IMG/VR virus record: IMGVR_UViG_3300042569_002054
Direction: 5' to 3' (one strand)
Length of the DNA: 64,000 bases
Origin: a virus
The notes beneath the pieces are model-generated. The model made no database searches, was not told the origin of the DNA, and saw nothing but the letters and a program-made list of their open reading frames with translations. Position 1 is the first letter of the stretch. Each line of letters begins with the position of its first letter. This document shows, piece by piece, positions 11,281 through 22,638 of this stretch. The position numbers and the translations under genes were made by a program.

Positions 11281-13460
11281 TGGCGGAAAGTTCGTATTCA
11301 ATAAGTTTAACAGGTGATTGTACAAATAGTTCATTAGGAGCTGCGCTAATTACTTTAGTTGGCTCAAGTCCGTATACAATCTATTGGGTAAATAATGTAT
11401 TACCATCGGCAACTTTTTCAGGAAGTTCTTATTCTGTAACAGGATTAAGTACGGGTACTTACGGATTTAATATTACAGCTTCAACTATTCCGATTAATGA
11501 AGTTATAGGACCTGTATATTTTAATATAGTTTCAGCAAGTACTGCATATATTAACACATCTGATTTTGTAACATGTCAACCTGATAGTTCATATTTAACA
11601 GTTGTAACCACAGGAACGACTAATGGGGTAATTGACAATACTCAAGGAACATTTGTTGGGGCAACAATTAATTTATATAAAGACTATGTATACTATGCTT
11701 CCGCAACTTCGGTTAATACCGCATATTCTTTTATAAATTTATCTGAAGGTATGTATTACGCTCAGGTAACAGGGGATGGTAATTGCCCTTGTGAAACAGA
11801 ATCTGTGATAATACATACTAATCCAAATTTACTTGATTTTGGATTATATACAATTGATAATCCAGCATGTTCACAACAAAGTGGTAAAATATACGTTACA
11901 GGTTTAACAGGTGTTTCACCATTCATTTATCAGTGGTCACCTACTGTTGGTGGTACAGGTGATACATTTGTAACTGGGCTAACTCAAGGCTCGTACAATT
12001 TAACTGTTATAGATGCGAATGGGTGTAGTTTAACTAAAATAACAACTATTACAAATGCTGAACCGATATCGTTTATATCTTATACAACCACACCACCAAC
12101 TTGTTTTAATGCTGATGGGAGTATAACGTTTAATATTACAGGTGGAACGGCTCCGTATTTTTATTTATTAAGTAATGGTGATTCAGTTACAACATATGGT
12201 ACATCTGTAACATTTAATAATATTGGGTCAGGAAGTTATACTTTAACAGTTACGGATGTTTCGTTATGTAGTCTCTCAACATCAGTTGATTTCTTAGTTC
12301 CAAGAAGTTTTTCATTGGTATCTGAAACAGTTTCAAACTCACAATGTTCGTATAATAGTGGGTCAATAACTGTTACATTATTAGGTGGGACACCTCCATT
12401 TATATATTCATTAAGTAATAATAGTGGTGTGACAACAACTAATACGTCAACACTTCAAACCAATACATTTAACAGTTTAGAGTCGGGTACATATACTTTA
12501 ACAATTAATGATAGTAGTAGTGCTTGTACTTATACTAATAATATTACAGTATTAAATGATACATCATTTAATTTTTCTATTACAGGAAATAGTACTTATT
12601 GTGGTCTTAATGATGGTTCTATCAATATATCTGTAACTCCAAGTTATACATCTTCAACATTTTATACGTATTCACTATCAAACGGGGCTAGCTCATACCC
12701 GACAACTTCAACGACATATACCTTTACTAGTTTACCTGCAGGTAATTACGATGTAACTATTGAAAATCTTTCAGGATGTACTCAAACTACATCAACTACA
12801 ATTGATTATTTGGCACCTTATCAATTTGCGTTATATGGTACTGATTGTATAAATGGTAGTGGTGGTACGATAAGTGTTTTATTAAATGAAAGTACTGGGC
12901 CTTTTAACTTTATTTGGAGTGATAATGTTAATGGTCAAATTGGTACATATATTACAGGTTTAACTGCTGGTACTTATGTATTAACTGTTAGCGGTACAAG
13001 TAATTGTGAAACAACTAAATCAATTGATATTAGTTGTAACCCATTAAGAACTGCTAGCTCAACTTACAAGTATACGATTGGTAATAAAACATATCTACCT
13101 TCATCAATATTTAATTTTACAAAAATGTTAAATGAGGGATATTCTTCATTAACAACAGGACATGAGGATTGTAAACTTAAATATGCTAAATTTAATTGTG
13201 ATATAGAACTTGACGGAACGGTTTATTCAGGTACTTTCTTTACAACAACATCTTTATCTAATTCACCGACAGTAAACGCATTTAAGACAGTTATTGATGC
13301 ATTAATCAATACTATACCTGATATTAAATCTTATGAGGTTAATTTATTGACAAATACCATCAGTATTGAATCAGATGTTGTTGGTGGTGTTGAAGTTTAT
13401 AAAGATGATGTATTAACTATATCGGTAAGAATGGATTATAGTATATCTTGTCGCACTTAA
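11280..13460 (+). CDS. SprB-repeat-like Cys-rich virion decoration/fibre protein
   Basis: Repeated units such as ITFNITGGTAPY...GSGSYTLTVTDVSLC and GLTQGSYNLTVIDANGC; no signal peptide. Confidence 0.65.
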   Translation: MAESSYSISLTGDCTNSSLGAALITLVGSSPYTIYWVNNVLPSATFSGSSYSVTGLSTGTYGFNITASTIPINEVIGPVYFNIVSASTAYINTSDFVTCQPDSSYLTVVTTGTTNGVIDNTQGTFVGATINLYKDYVYYASATSVNTAYSFINLSEGMYYAQVTGDGNCPCETESVIIHTNPNLLDFGLYTIDNPACSQQSGKIYVTGLTGVSPFIYQWSPTVGGTGDTFVTGLTQGSYNLTVIDANGCSLTKITTITNAEPISFISYTTTPPTCFNADGSITFNITGGTAPYFYLLSNGDSVTTYGTSVTFNNIGSGSYTLTVTDVSLCSLSTSVDFLVPRSFSLVSETVSNSQCSYNSGSITVTLLGGTPPFIYSLSNNSGVTTTNTSTLQTNTFNSLESGTYTLTINDSSSACTYTNNITVLNDTSFNFSITGNSTYCGLNDGSINISVTPSYTSSTFYTYSLSNGASSYPTTSTTYTFTSLPAGNYDVTIENLSGCTQTTSTTIDYLAPYQFALYGTDCINGSGGTISVLLNESTGPFNFIWSDNVNGQIGTYITGLTAGTYVLTVSGTSNCETTKSIDISCNPLRTASSTYKYTIGNKTYLPSSIFNFTKMLNEGYSSLTTGHEDCKLKYAKFNCDIELDGTVYSGTFFTTTSLSNSPTVNAFKTVIDALINTIPDIKSYEVNLLTNTISIESDVVGGVEVYKDDVLTISVRMDYSISCRT

Positions 13461-13474
13461 AATAGTTGAAAAAC

Positions 13475-13481
13475 TATTTAT
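13475..13481 (+). promoter_or_regulatory. TATTTAT candidate late-promoter motif
   Basis: Before ATG 13488. Confidence 0.45.
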
Positions 13482-13487
13482 CATTAA

Positions 13488-14492
13488 ATGAGTTTAGTAA
13501 CAATAAATAGTTTGGGAGGAATACCTCCTTATGTTATTTCAGTTTGTGACATATTTCAATACTCTTGTCAAACTGTGACAACAATATATGATTATATTCC
13601 ACCATCTGTTAGTTTTAATATTCCGAGTCCATATTCATCGGCTCCAAAAGTTTTAATTAAAATAGTCGATTCTACAGGATGTATTTTCACACAAGAATAT
13701 ATGTGTGTAACACCTACTCCAACCCCAAGTATTACTCCAAGTGTCACCCCGACAATTTCTTTAACTCCTTCAAATACTCCAACACCAAGTATTACACCAT
13801 CATTTACACCTACACCGAGTATCACACCAAGTATTACACCTACACAAACAGTTACACCATCACATACCCCAACACAAACAATTACTCCAACAGTTACAAG
13901 AACTCCAACACCTACAGTTACACCTGACACTCCTATTTATGCTTATTTGTTCATTGAACCATACTCAGGTTCTGCTAGTGTTGGTTCTTACATGAATTCA
14001 CTTGGTTCTAATTTTTATGGATTTACAAATACTACTAAACCAAGTAGTTCGGCTAGTACATTTGATTTAGACATGAACAAATATGTTAACTTCTCAGGAT
14101 GGACAACAGGATTATTTCCAAATATTATAAAACAATTAGTACCATCGGCAAGTAGTGGACTTGATTCATACGGTAACCCATATCTTAAATATAATTTCCC
14201 AACAACAAAAGTACCTGAAAATACGGTTGGATGTAAAGCTTGGTACACTTGGATAATACCAATTAGCAGAACCAATAATCAATACCAAGTTGAGATTGAT
14301 TTGGGAATAGTTAATCCAAATGTCTTTACAAGTGTAAAGACGGAACCGACAATTTACGCTAATACATTTACTTATACAGGTAGTACTATTGCAAATACAA
14401 CATACAGGGTTTACACAACATACCCATCAAATACATTTGAATTGGATAATACTTATGACCTTTATTTTAGAGGAAGTAAGGTTGATATATAA
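13488..14492 (+). CDS. Modular protein: about 73 aa Cys domain + Thr/Pro linker + C-terminal domain shared with 24705-25913
   Basis: N-terminus resembles 36615-36836 and 44288-44509; about 70 aa TP linker; IYAYLFIEP parallels YAYVFAEP in the paralogue. Confidence 0.7.
   Translation: MSLVTINSLGGIPPYVISVCDIFQYSCQTVTTIYDYIPPSVSFNIPSPYSSAPKVLIKIVDSTGCIFTQEYMCVTPTPTPSITPSVTPTISLTPSNTPTPSITPSFTPTPSITPSITPTQTVTPSHTPTQTITPTVTRTPTPTVTPDTPIYAYLFIEPYSGSASVGSYMNSLGSNFYGFTNTTKPSSSASTFDLDMNKYVNFSGWTTGLFPNIIKQLVPSASSGLDSYGNPYLKYNFPTTKVPENTVGCKAWYTWIIPISRTNNQYQVEIDLGIVNPNVFTSVKTEPTIYANTFTYTGSTIANTTYRVYTTYPSNTFELDNTYDLYFRGSKVDI
13709..13926 (+). repeat. Thr/Pro mucin-like linker repeat
   Basis: [30 protein letters not shown]...TPTVTP. 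Confidence 0.9.
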
Positions 14493-14501
14493 TTATAGTA
14501 A

Positions 14502-16499
14502 ATGAGTTTCCCATATAAAAATCCAATATCGTCTATCCAACTAAATGGAACACAAAGTGTACCAAGAAACAATACGTATGGTACTACTTTCAGTGTTAAT
14601 AATACGGGTGGTTATATGGAGGTTTTCAGTTTATCTGACCTTTATTATACAATACCATCGGGAACAACGGGAAGTATTGAATATTCGGGTAATACTATTC
14701 CTATTGAGTTTACAAAAGGAACGGGAACAGCTTGGTCACCTGATGTAATTACTTTGGCTTCAGATAATATTTCATCAGGTAGAAGACGACTTGGTATGTT
14801 GGCTTATGTTTATGAGGTTGACCAAGTTTACCAATATCATATTAATGATTACGAGACGTTATTTAATGCTGCGACTGCTAGTACGGGATGCGCTCAAGTA
14901 TCTGATTTTGGAACAACGATAAATAATAAAACTGCTGCGGGTCAGTCGTTTATTAATTCTTGGACTGCTAACACTATTGAAGATGTTAGTGGTGCAACAT
15001 ATAGTACTGCGGCATGGAGAAAGTTTTCGACAGGAACTGGAGGAGGTTCAGGATTTACGTCAGTTAGAATAAATAATGTTAGTCAATTTACGTCATCACC
15101 ATATAGTTATATTAATTTTAGTGGTGTTAATGTTGATATATCATCAGTTGGAAACAATACGATTGTATTATCGGCAAGTACTAGCGGAGGTGGTGGAGGA
15201 AGTGGTTCGTCAGGTAGTAGTGGTAGTTCAGGAACATCGGGAACTAATGGTAGTTCAGGTTCTAGCGGGATTAGTGGTTCTTCAGGTACTAGTGGTAGTT
15301 CAGGTTCTGCAGGAACATCGGGGAGTTCGGGTTCTACAGGTTCGTCAGGAACAAGTGGTAGTAGTGGAACTTCAGGTAGTTCTGGTACATCTGGTTCAAG
15401 TGGTAGTAGTGGTTCTTTAGGAACATCAGGAAGTAGTGGTACCTCAGGTAATGGTGGGTCATCGGGAACAAGTGGTTTAGATGGGATAAGTGGAACGTCA
15501 GGTTCTTCAGGGTCAAGTGGAAGTACTGGCTCTTCAGGAACTAGCGGAACATCAGGTTTAAGTGGTTCTTCAGGAACTTCAGGTAGTTCTGGTACATCAG
15601 GTTCATCGGGTAGTTCCGGTTCTGCCGGAACATCAGGTACAGGATTTACCACAATCACAAGTCCGGGTAGTAATAGAGTATTAACATCTGATGGGACATC
15701 TAATGCTGCGGTTGCTCAGGCTAGAATGACTTTTGATGGTACTACATTATCAGTTACAGGTAATACAAGTGTTAATGGTAATATAAGTACTACAGGTGTA
15801 ACATCTTTTGGTAACGGAACATTTACAAAGGCGGGGTCAGCTACTGGTGATGTTCTTCTTGATAATAATAGTACAGATACTCCGGGTGTTTTGTTTTATT
15901 ATGCTAATAATTCAAACTTTGGTATTGATAGTTTTAATGGGTCATTTGATGTTCTAAGTGGACAGTTAGTTCGTATCACAAATAATTTAAATGAAGCAGG
16001 AGGTGCGGTAAAAATGGCTATAGATACCACAGGTAATGTGGTATTTACAGGATTTATAAAGGCTAATGCGTGGAGAGCCGGTCAGGTAATTAACGATATT
16101 ATTTTGAGTAATACTGAGGTAACTGTTAGTACTACAACTATAGCTACCAGTAATTCGGATACTGATTTTGTTACTTATAGTTATACACCATTAAGTTCTA
16201 CAAGTTATTTAGTAATACATTATCATTTAGCATCTTTTGATTTTACTTCTGGTACAGGTAATGATTCATACATATCTAGAATAAAGGTTGATGGTGGTGA
16301 AATAACCTATTCAGTACAAAGCACGGTTAATGGATTTCGTACAGGTGTTTTATTTCCATTAACGGGTAGATACACTAACTCTAATACTACCGCAAAATCG
16401 ATAGTAGTTGCATGTCGTAGAAGTTTTGCGGATGATAATATCACAATAGTAAATTCATCTACTTCAATGTGGTTAAGAATAACAGAAGTTGCAAGATAA
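14502..16499 (+). CDS. Fibre-like protein with 48 Gly-X-Y (Ser/Thr) triplets; paralogue of 25944-33251
   Basis: N-terminal domain shares MxxPYxNPIS and SSGRRRLGM with 25944; G-S/T-S repeat; beta-rich C-terminus. Confidence 0.75.
   Translation: MSFPYKNPISSIQLNGTQSVPRNNTYGTTFSVNNTGGYMEVFSLSDLYYTIPSGTTGSIEYSGNTIPIEFTKGTGTAWSPDVITLASDNISSGRRRLGMLAYVYEVDQVYQYHINDYETLFNAATASTGCAQVSDFGTTINNKTAAGQSFINSWTANTIEDVSGATYSTAAWRKFSTGTGGGSGFTSVRINNVSQFTSSPYSYINFSGVNVDISSVGNNTIVLSASTSGGGGGSGSSGSSGSSGTSGTNGSSGSSGISGSSGTSGSSGSAGTSGSSGSTGSSGTSGSSGTSGSSGTSGSSGSSGSLGTSGSSGTSGNGGSSGTSGLDGISGTSGSSGSSGSTGSSGTSGTSGLSGSSGTSGSSGTSGSSGSSGSAGTSGTGFTTITSPGSNRVLTSDGTSNAAVAQARMTFDGTTLSVTGNTSVNGNISTTGVTSFGNGTFTKAGSATGDVLLDNNSTDTPGVLFYYANNSNFGIDSFNGSFDVLSGQLVRITNNLNEAGGAVKMAIDTTGNVVFTGFIKANAWRAGQVINDIILSNTEVTVSTTTIATSNSDTDFVTYSYTPLSSTSYLVIHYHLASFDFTSGTGNDSYISRIKVDGGEITYSVQSTVNGFRTGVLFPLTGRYTNSNTTAKSIVVACRRSFADDNITIVNSSTSMWLRITEVAR
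15204..15635 (+). repeat. Gly-X-Y Ser/Thr triplet repeat (48 units)
   Basis: 432 nt in a 9-nt register, GSS/GTS dominated. Confidence 0.9.
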
Positions 16500-18346
16500 T
16501 GCCAATCCCACCGAATAAAATAAAATACTCAACGTCCTTTCATCCTAATACGATTAAAGTTAAGGATTGGGTTTTGGGTATTAATGAAGGTGCGGAATAC
16601 GGGCCAACAAGTGTTACAGGATTTTGGAATTCTATTATACCACCATCAGGTGGTTATACCATGTATGGAAACAAGGCAGTTGCTGGACCATCCATAGTGG
16701 TTGCTCAAAACGACTCAGAACTTATTGGTTTTACACAAGGATTTGCGGGACAAACATTTAATACTGCTAACGAAGCGTTAGGATGGTACACAGGACAAAC
16801 AGGTCTTATTTGTGTTAACCTTGATTACCCTGATATTATAACTGACGGATTAACATTATTACTTGATGCTGGTTATGTTTCATCATACCCAAGAAGTGGT
16901 TCACGATGGGATGATTTAAGTTTTAGTGGTAACAACGGAACACTAATTAATACTCCAACATTCAATTCAAGTAACAACGGATACCTCACATTTAACGGAA
17001 GTAATCAATATGTTAATGTTGCAGGTACTCCTGTTGGAATAACGGCATATACCAAAAACATTTGGTTTTATCTAAACTCAACGGCTGATAATAATTTATT
17101 AAGTAGTGATACTGGTGGACACTTTATGTTCTTTGCAGGTTCAAATAAATTATATTGTGGACATTCTGATTGGGGTAATTATACGGTTTTCCCATCGGTC
17201 ACTAACTTTAGTAATGGGGTGTGGTATAATGCGTGTGTAACTTTTGATACCATAAATGGATTTGTATTGTATGTTAATGGTGTTCAGGATAGTACATACA
17301 CCACTCAAAAGACACCTATAGGGGGTAATGGTTCAACAAGGATAGGAGCGTTTGGTGATGGAGGTAATCTATTAAATGGTAGGGTTTCAGTTGCTATGAC
17401 TTACAATAGAGTATTAAGTTCTACTGAAGTATTAAAAAATTACAATTCATTTTCGTCAAGATTTATTTCACCATCACCTACTCCGACAACAACAATAACC
17501 CCTACACCTACAATGACAGTTACCCCGACGATAACTCCAACAAATACTCAAACACCGACAAATACAATTACTCCAACACCTTCCATAACTCCGACTAGAA
17601 CTGTAACACCTACCCAAACACAGACACCGACAAATACGATTACTCCAACACCAACAAGTGTGGGTGGGGTAATTAGTGGTAATTTATTTATGAAGTTAGA
17701 TGCTACTAATTATGTTAGTGGTACTTGGACTGATGAAACGGGAAATGGAAATAATGCAACTATTAATGGTGCCACTTGGTTGTCTACTGACGGAGGTATT
17801 TTTGATTTAAATGGGACTAGTAATACAATAAGTATACCTCATACTGCTAATCTTAGTTTAAATACTACAACCCAAAGAACAATACAAGTTTGGGTTAAAT
17901 TTGACGTTTTACCTAGTTCAGGTCAACAAGTTCCGGTCTTTGGAAAACTATCCAGTTCATTTGGATTTGATGGGTATTGGGGTGGGTTATTCTCGAATGC
18001 TGGCGTTGTGAGGGTAGTTACAAATGGAACGGGGGTTCAAAAAATATCCGACTCTACGTTAACCGTTTCAATTAATACTTGGTATTTATTTACATTTGTT
18101 TCACGAATTACCTCAACTGCTAATACCACCAAAGTGTATATTAATAATACCGAATATATAACAACCGCTCATGGTACTGATACATATAGTGAAACTAACC
18201 CTCTTTATTTGGGTTACATTGGTACTGGTATATCATCACTTTATTTAAATGGTAAAATAGGTGCCTGTTATTTTTATACCACAGGATTAACCGCCAGTGA
18301 TGTAACAACAAACTATAATAATACTAAATCAAAATATGGATTATAA
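16499..18346 (+). CDS. Protein with two LamG/ConA-like domains separated by a Thr/Pro linker
   Basis: LLLDAGYVSSYPRSGSRWDDLS, WYNACVTFD...LYVNG and a second copy WYLFTFV...VYINN. Start moved to the ATG overlapping the upstream TAA (TAATG at 16497-16501). Confidence 0.75.
   Translation: MPIPPNKIKYSTSFHPNTIKVKDWVLGINEGAEYGPTSVTGFWNSIIPPSGGYTMYGNKAVAGPSIVVAQNDSELIGFTQGFAGQTFNTANEALGWYTGQTGLICVNLDYPDIITDGLTLLLDAGYVSSYPRSGSRWDDLSFSGNNGTLINTPTFNSSNNGYLTFNGSNQYVNVAGTPVGITAYTKNIWFYLNSTADNNLLSSDTGGHFMFFAGSNKLYCGHSDWGNYTVFPSVTNFSNGVWYNACVTFDTINGFVLYVNGVQDSTYTTQKTPIGGNGSTRIGAFGDGGNLLNGRVSVAMTYNRVLSSTEVLKNYNSFSSRFISPSPTPTTTITPTPTMTVTPTITPTNTQTPTNTITPTPSITPTRTVTPTQTQTPTNTITPTPTSVGGVISGNLFMKLDATNYVSGTWTDETGNGNNATINGATWLSTDGGIFDLNGTSNTISIPHTANLSLNTTTQRTIQVWVKFDVLPSSGQQVPVFGKLSSSFGFDGYWGGLFSNAGVVRVVTNGTGVQKISDSTLTVSINTWYLFTFVSRITSTANTTKVYINNTEYITTAHGTDTYSETNPLYLGYIGTGISSLYLNGKIGACYFYTTGLTASDVTTNYNNTKSKYGL
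17470..17655 (+). repeat. Thr/Pro mucin-like linker
   Basis: [35 protein letters not shown]... Confidence 0.9.
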
Positions 18347-18351
18347 ATAAA

Positions 18352-19215
18352 ATGGCAACATCACGACCTTTTGCATATAATACAGGCTCAACAATTTCAG
18401 GGACAGAACAAGTTGGAAGTATTGCTATTGGATACCCAACAAGTGGTTTTACATCCACAGGTTTAAGATGGTGGAATGGGCCTGATGAAGATTTGGGATA
18501 TGTTATTGCTCACACCGTACCGTCAGGAACACAACCAAATCCTGTTGGAGTTCCTGCTTATATCGGTTTTTGGAGAACACCAAGTAAGACAGATAATAAC
18601 TTTATTAGTTTATCTCAGTATGTATCAAGTTTTACCGGAACACCACAAACATTTGCAAGTGCTTCAGCGGCTAAGACATGGTTAAACTCGGCGGGATATT
18701 GGACATCTTGGGATTTAAGTTATACTGCAGGAGTATTTAAAACAACTTATAGTGGGTACTTTAATGATAATGTTAATTTCTTTGCAACCGCAACTCCCGC
18801 ATCAGTAGGTGGAAATCCTGCGACTTCAGTACAAACCACCGAGATAACAGAACCCCCAACCAGTGACGGTGAGAATTTCAGTTGTCAATGGTTAGGTTAT
18901 TTCAAACCAACTACTACAGAAACTTACACATTCTTTACTTCATCTGATGATGCTTCCTATGTTTGGGTTGGTAGTAATAGTATTTCAGGATTTACAACAA
19001 CAAACTCAACAGTTAATAACGGTGGATTACATGGGACACAAGAACGTTCAGGTACAATTGCCTTAACTGCTGGTACATATTATCCGTTACGAGTACAATT
19101 TGGAGAACTAAGTGGTGGTGACGTGATGACTTTTAGTTATTCAACTCCGACTATAACAAAAACAACCAACGTAACAGGTTTAATTTTTTATAATTTGGTA
19201 ACAAGCGGATTTTAA
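18352..19215 (+). CDS. PA14/GLEYA-like carbohydrate-binding domain protein
   Basis: NFSCQWLGYFKPTTTETYTFFTSSDDASYVWVG ... YYPLRVQFGELSGGD is the PA14 pattern with its DD motif. Confidence 0.75.
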   Translation: MATSRPFAYNTGSTISGTEQVGSIAIGYPTSGFTSTGLRWWNGPDEDLGYVIAHTVPSGTQPNPVGVPAYIGFWRTPSKTDNNFISLSQYVSSFTGTPQTFASASAAKTWLNSAGYWTSWDLSYTAGVFKTTYSGYFNDNVNFFATATPASVGGNPATSVQTTEITEPPTSDGENFSCQWLGYFKPTTTETYTFFTSSDDASYVWVGSNSISGFTTTNSTVNNGGLHGTQERSGTIALTAGTYYPLRVQFGELSGGDVMTFSYSTPTITKTTNVTGLIFYNLVTSGF

Positions 19216-19285
19216 AAACTAAAACTTATTAATTTATTTCTTTAATTTTTATTTAAAATTAATACTTTTTGTGTAAAACATTTAC

Positions 19286-20530
19286 ATGAAAATTTTTATA
19301 CAAGTTGCCTCTTACAGAGACCCCCAACTAATCCCAACTATACAGTCAGCATTGGAAAATGCTAAACGACCTGAAAACTTAGTTTTTGGTATTGCTCGTC
19401 AGTTTCATCCTGATGATAATTTTGATAATTTAGATGAATATAGGAATGATGAAAGATTTAGAATAATCGATATTCCATACACCGAATCCAAAGGAGCTTG
19501 TTGGGCAAGAAATCAAATACAACAAGTATATGGTAAGGAAACTTACACTCTTCAAATTGACTCACACATGAGGTTTGCTCAAAATTGGGATGATGAGATG
19601 ATTAAGATGGTTAAACAACTTCAAAAGAAAGGATATAAGAAACCTTTATTAACAGGTTATGTTTCATCCTTTGACCCTGACAATGACCCCAACCTACGTG
19701 TTAACGAACCATGGAGAATGGCGTTTGATAGATTTATTCCTGAAGGTGCGGTTTTCTTTTTACCTGAAACAATTCCTGGTTGGCAAAATTTAACTGAACC
19801 TGTTACCGCAAGATTTTACTCGGCTCACTTCTGTTTTACTCTTGGAAAATTTGCTAAAGAAGTTCAACACGACCCTGAGTTTTATTTTCATGGTGAAGAG
19901 ATTTCAATCGCTGCAAGAGCATACACTCATGGATATGATTTATTCCACCCACATAAAGTTTTAATTTGGCATGAATATACTCGTAAGGGTAGAACTAAAC
20001 AATGGGATGACGATAAACAATGGGTTGATAAGAATAATTTTGCTCATAAGAAAAATCGTTCTCTATTCGGTATGGATGGTGAGGAAGATATGAATCACGG
20101 GAAGTATGGGTTTGGTAAAGTTAGAACTTTAAGAGATTATGAAAAATATTCAGGTCTTTTATTTTCAAAGAGAGCCGTTCAACAATATACGTTAGATAAA
20201 GGTTATCCACCAAATCCAAATAACTTCAATTCAGAAGAAGAATGGTTAAAGTCATTTACATCGGTATTCAAACATTGTATTGATATTGGGTTTACTCAAG
20301 TACCTGAAAAGGATTATGACTTTTGGGTTGTTGCGTTCCATAATGAATTAGATGAAACCATTTACAGACAAGATGCTGATAAAGGTGAGGTTGATAGAAT
20401 GTTAAGAGACCCTGATGGTTATTGTAAAGTTTGGAGAGAGTTCTTAACTGATTCAAAACCTAAATATTGGGTTGTTTGGCCTCACTCGGAATCTAAAGGA
20501 TGGTGTGATAGAATAACAGGAAATTTATAA
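19286..20530 (+). CDS. GT60-like (PF11397 GlcNAc-type) UDP-GlcNAc:polypeptide alpha-GlcNAc transferase
   Basis: IFIQVASYRDP, GACWARNQIQ, LQIDSHMRF..WD and FHGEEISIAARAYTHGYDLFHP match Gnt1/Gnt2-type motifs. Confidence 0.8.
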   Translation: MKIFIQVASYRDPQLIPTIQSALENAKRPENLVFGIARQFHPDDNFDNLDEYRNDERFRIIDIPYTESKGACWARNQIQQVYGKETYTLQIDSHMRFAQNWDDEMIKMVKQLQKKGYKKPLLTGYVSSFDPDNDPNLRVNEPWRMAFDRFIPEGAVFFLPETIPGWQNLTEPVTARFYSAHFCFTLGKFAKEVQHDPEFYFHGEEISIAARAYTHGYDLFHPHKVLIWHEYTRKGRTKQWDDDKQWVDKNNFAHKKNRSLFGMDGEEDMNHGKYGFGKVRTLRDYEKYSGLLFSKRAVQQYTLDKGYPPNPNNFNSEEEWLKSFTSVFKHCIDIGFTQVPEKDYDFWVVAFHNELDETIYRQDADKGEVDRMLRDPDGYCKVWREFLTDSKPKYWVVWPHSESKGWCDRITGNL

Positions 20531-20533
20531 GAT

Positions 20534-21244
20534 ATGAAATTTACATTTGCTACTTTTTGTTTTGGTGAAAGATATTATAACCAAGTTAATAGATTTATTG
20601 GTGATATCGTAGAATCGGATTATAAAACAAATTTGGTTGTTATTACCGATGACCCAAGTAAGATTAATAATCAAGAATTTGTTCACACTTTCAACATTAA
20701 TGATTTTAATCCAAATTATTTGGAGTATGCTAAAAACTACTATGATTTTGATTTTTCAGTTAAGAGATATTCGTTAAGAGCTGCTTTAAGTATTGGTTTT
20801 ACTAAAATGATTTTAGTTGATTGTGATATGAGAGTTAACCCATCTTTCTTTAATGAAGAAAAGATTTTAGGAGCGTTTGATGAGAATTGTTTATCAGGGC
20901 CAGTAACATATAATTTTAACGAACAAGTTCATACCAATAGTGAATTAGGTAGACGATTACTTGAGTATGAAAAGTATTTCAATCATGAGGTTAATAAAGA
21001 TAAGTTGGAGGTTATGCCTGAAGATTGTATCCAATACTTGAGTATTGATGAAGATAAGTTTAATAGTTTTTTAGATACTTGGGACAAGTGTATCGAATAT
21101 AAAAAAGAAAAAGGTTTGAGAAACATACCCGCAGGTAACATAGACGAGATGTGTTTCTCGGCGTTATCTAATGGAATTGAAATAAAAAATAACGCTTATA
21201 AAGCATCAAATATAATATACGCAGAACATGACAAATGGTACTAA
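20534..21244 (+). CDS. Putative GT-A fold glycosyltransferase
   Basis: DxD motif (MILVDCD) after a K..L..A helix; located inside the GT cluster. Confidence 0.55.
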   Translation: MKFTFATFCFGERYYNQVNRFIGDIVESDYKTNLVVITDDPSKINNQEFVHTFNINDFNPNYLEYAKNYYDFDFSVKRYSLRAALSIGFTKMILVDCDMRVNPSFFNEEKILGAFDENCLSGPVTYNFNEQVHTNSELGRRLLEYEKYFNHEVNKDKLEVMPEDCIQYLSIDEDKFNSFLDTWDKCIEYKKEKGLRNIPAGNIDEMCFSALSNGIEIKNNAYKASNIIYAEHDKWY

Positions 21245-22082
21245 AATAATTTCAGCAATTTATGAATTAAAATATGTTGAAGGGATTAATAGTGAAAGAT
21301 ATAAAAATTTTCCATTATTGGTTGCAACGATTAAAAACATAATTTATCCTGAATATCGTTACGTAATTTATACTGACCAAAATTCATATGATAAGTTTAA
21401 TTTAAAGTATGAATTTAATTTCCCAAATGTTGAATTTAAATTTAAAGAATTAAATACATCTGAAACTTGTGAATTAATTGACAGAATTAGAACTCAAGAA
21501 TTATCAGGTGGAATTAACTATGATAGAATTTATTGTGTAAACAATTATTTGGAAGTTGTTTTAAATAAACTTCAATTCTTAATTGATGAGTCACATGATT
21601 GTGATAATATCTTTTGGATTGATGCTGGTTTGATTGGAACATCTTGTCATGACGGGTGGAGAGATTATATGGCTCCGTTAATTAACTCAAAAAACTTTTT
21701 GGATAAGGTGGTTGATAAGATAAATCAACATGGATTTATCCATTTAAAAGGTAATTCAATTGTCATGAATTATGAAACGGTTGCTAAGTTTAACGACCTA
21801 TTTGGTGTTGAATTAAAGGTTGTTCCTGGATGTCTATTTGGTGGAACATCAGAAAAAGTTAGACATATTTTAGACGGATATTTAGACATTTTTAATCAAT
21901 ACTTAACCACACATAACCAACTTATTAGTGAACAAGAGGTTCTTACGGCTATTACAGGTAAACATTCGGATGAATGTCACGCTTTTGAATTTGGTGATTG
22001 GTTAGACTTACAAAAAGCGTTTTTAGACATTTTAGACATTTATGATGAGACAAAATATGTAAGGGAGAAGTGTTATGTTTAG
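21228..22082 (+). CDS. HtrL/YibB-like putative glycosyltransferase
   Basis: IFWIDAGL and VPGCLFGG parallel LFWIDAGL and ARGGFFGG in 22635-24305. Confidence 0.6.
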   Translation: MTNGTKIISAIYELKYVEGINSERYKNFPLLVATIKNIIYPEYRYVIYTDQNSYDKFNLKYEFNFPNVEFKFKELNTSETCELIDRIRTQELSGGINYDRIYCVNNYLEVVLNKLQFLIDESHDCDNIFWIDAGLIGTSCHDGWRDYMAPLINSKNFLDKVVDKINQHGFIHLKGNSIVMNYETVAKFNDLFGVELKVVPGCLFGGTSEKVRHILDGYLDIFNQYLTTHNQLISEQEVLTAITGKHSDECHAFEFGDWLDLQKAFLDILDIYDETKYVREKCYV

Positions 22083-22638
22083 TCTTAACATTGTTTGTAC
22101 TTCAATTGGGAGAGAAACTCTACCAAGATTAATTGAGTCATTCAAAGACCAATTAGACCCAACAGATATTTTTACAATAATCTCAGATATTAATCACGAC
22201 TTTGTTTCAGAAGTATTATCAAGATATGAGTTTAAATTCAAAGTTAATCACATATTAAATCAAGGGGAACAAAAATGGAAATACGGACATCCGTTAATTA
22301 ATGAAAACATTAATTCATTAGAAGGTGATTTTATAATGTTTGCCGATGATGATGATAGATACACTGAAGACGCATTTAAAGTAATCAAAGAAACTATTAA
22401 AGATAAAAACAAATTATACATATTCAAACACAATTGGTTAGGTGATATTAATTGGAGATTAAAAGATTTCACAAGAGGTAATGTAGGGAAATGTATGGGA
22501 GTGATTCCAAACACACATAATTTACCGATGTTCCAAGAAGATGTTTTTGGGGATGTTATTTTTTATGAAGAGATAGGTCAAATGTTTGAAAGTGAATTTG
22601 TTGATTACATAATCTATAAAGTTAGACATACGGAATGA
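22075..22638 (+). CDS. GT2-like glycosyltransferase
   Basis: LNIVCTSIGRETLPRLIES N-terminus and GDFIMFADDDD motif. Confidence 0.7.
   Translation: MFSLNIVCTSIGRETLPRLIESFKDQLDPTDIFTIISDINHDFVSEVLSRYEFKFKVNHILNQGEQKWKYGHPLINENINSLEGDFIMFADDDDRYTEDAFKVIKETIKDKNKLYIFKHNWLGDINWRLKDFTRGNVGKCMGVIPNTHNLPMFQEDVFGDVIFYEEIGQMFESEFVDYIIYKVRHTE

Noticed and set aside
13592-13930. VGVG-rich antisense ORF (also 43664-43894) and Y/N/T-rich alternate-frame ORFs (13679, 43616)
   Set aside because: Shadows of the Thr/Pro linkers.
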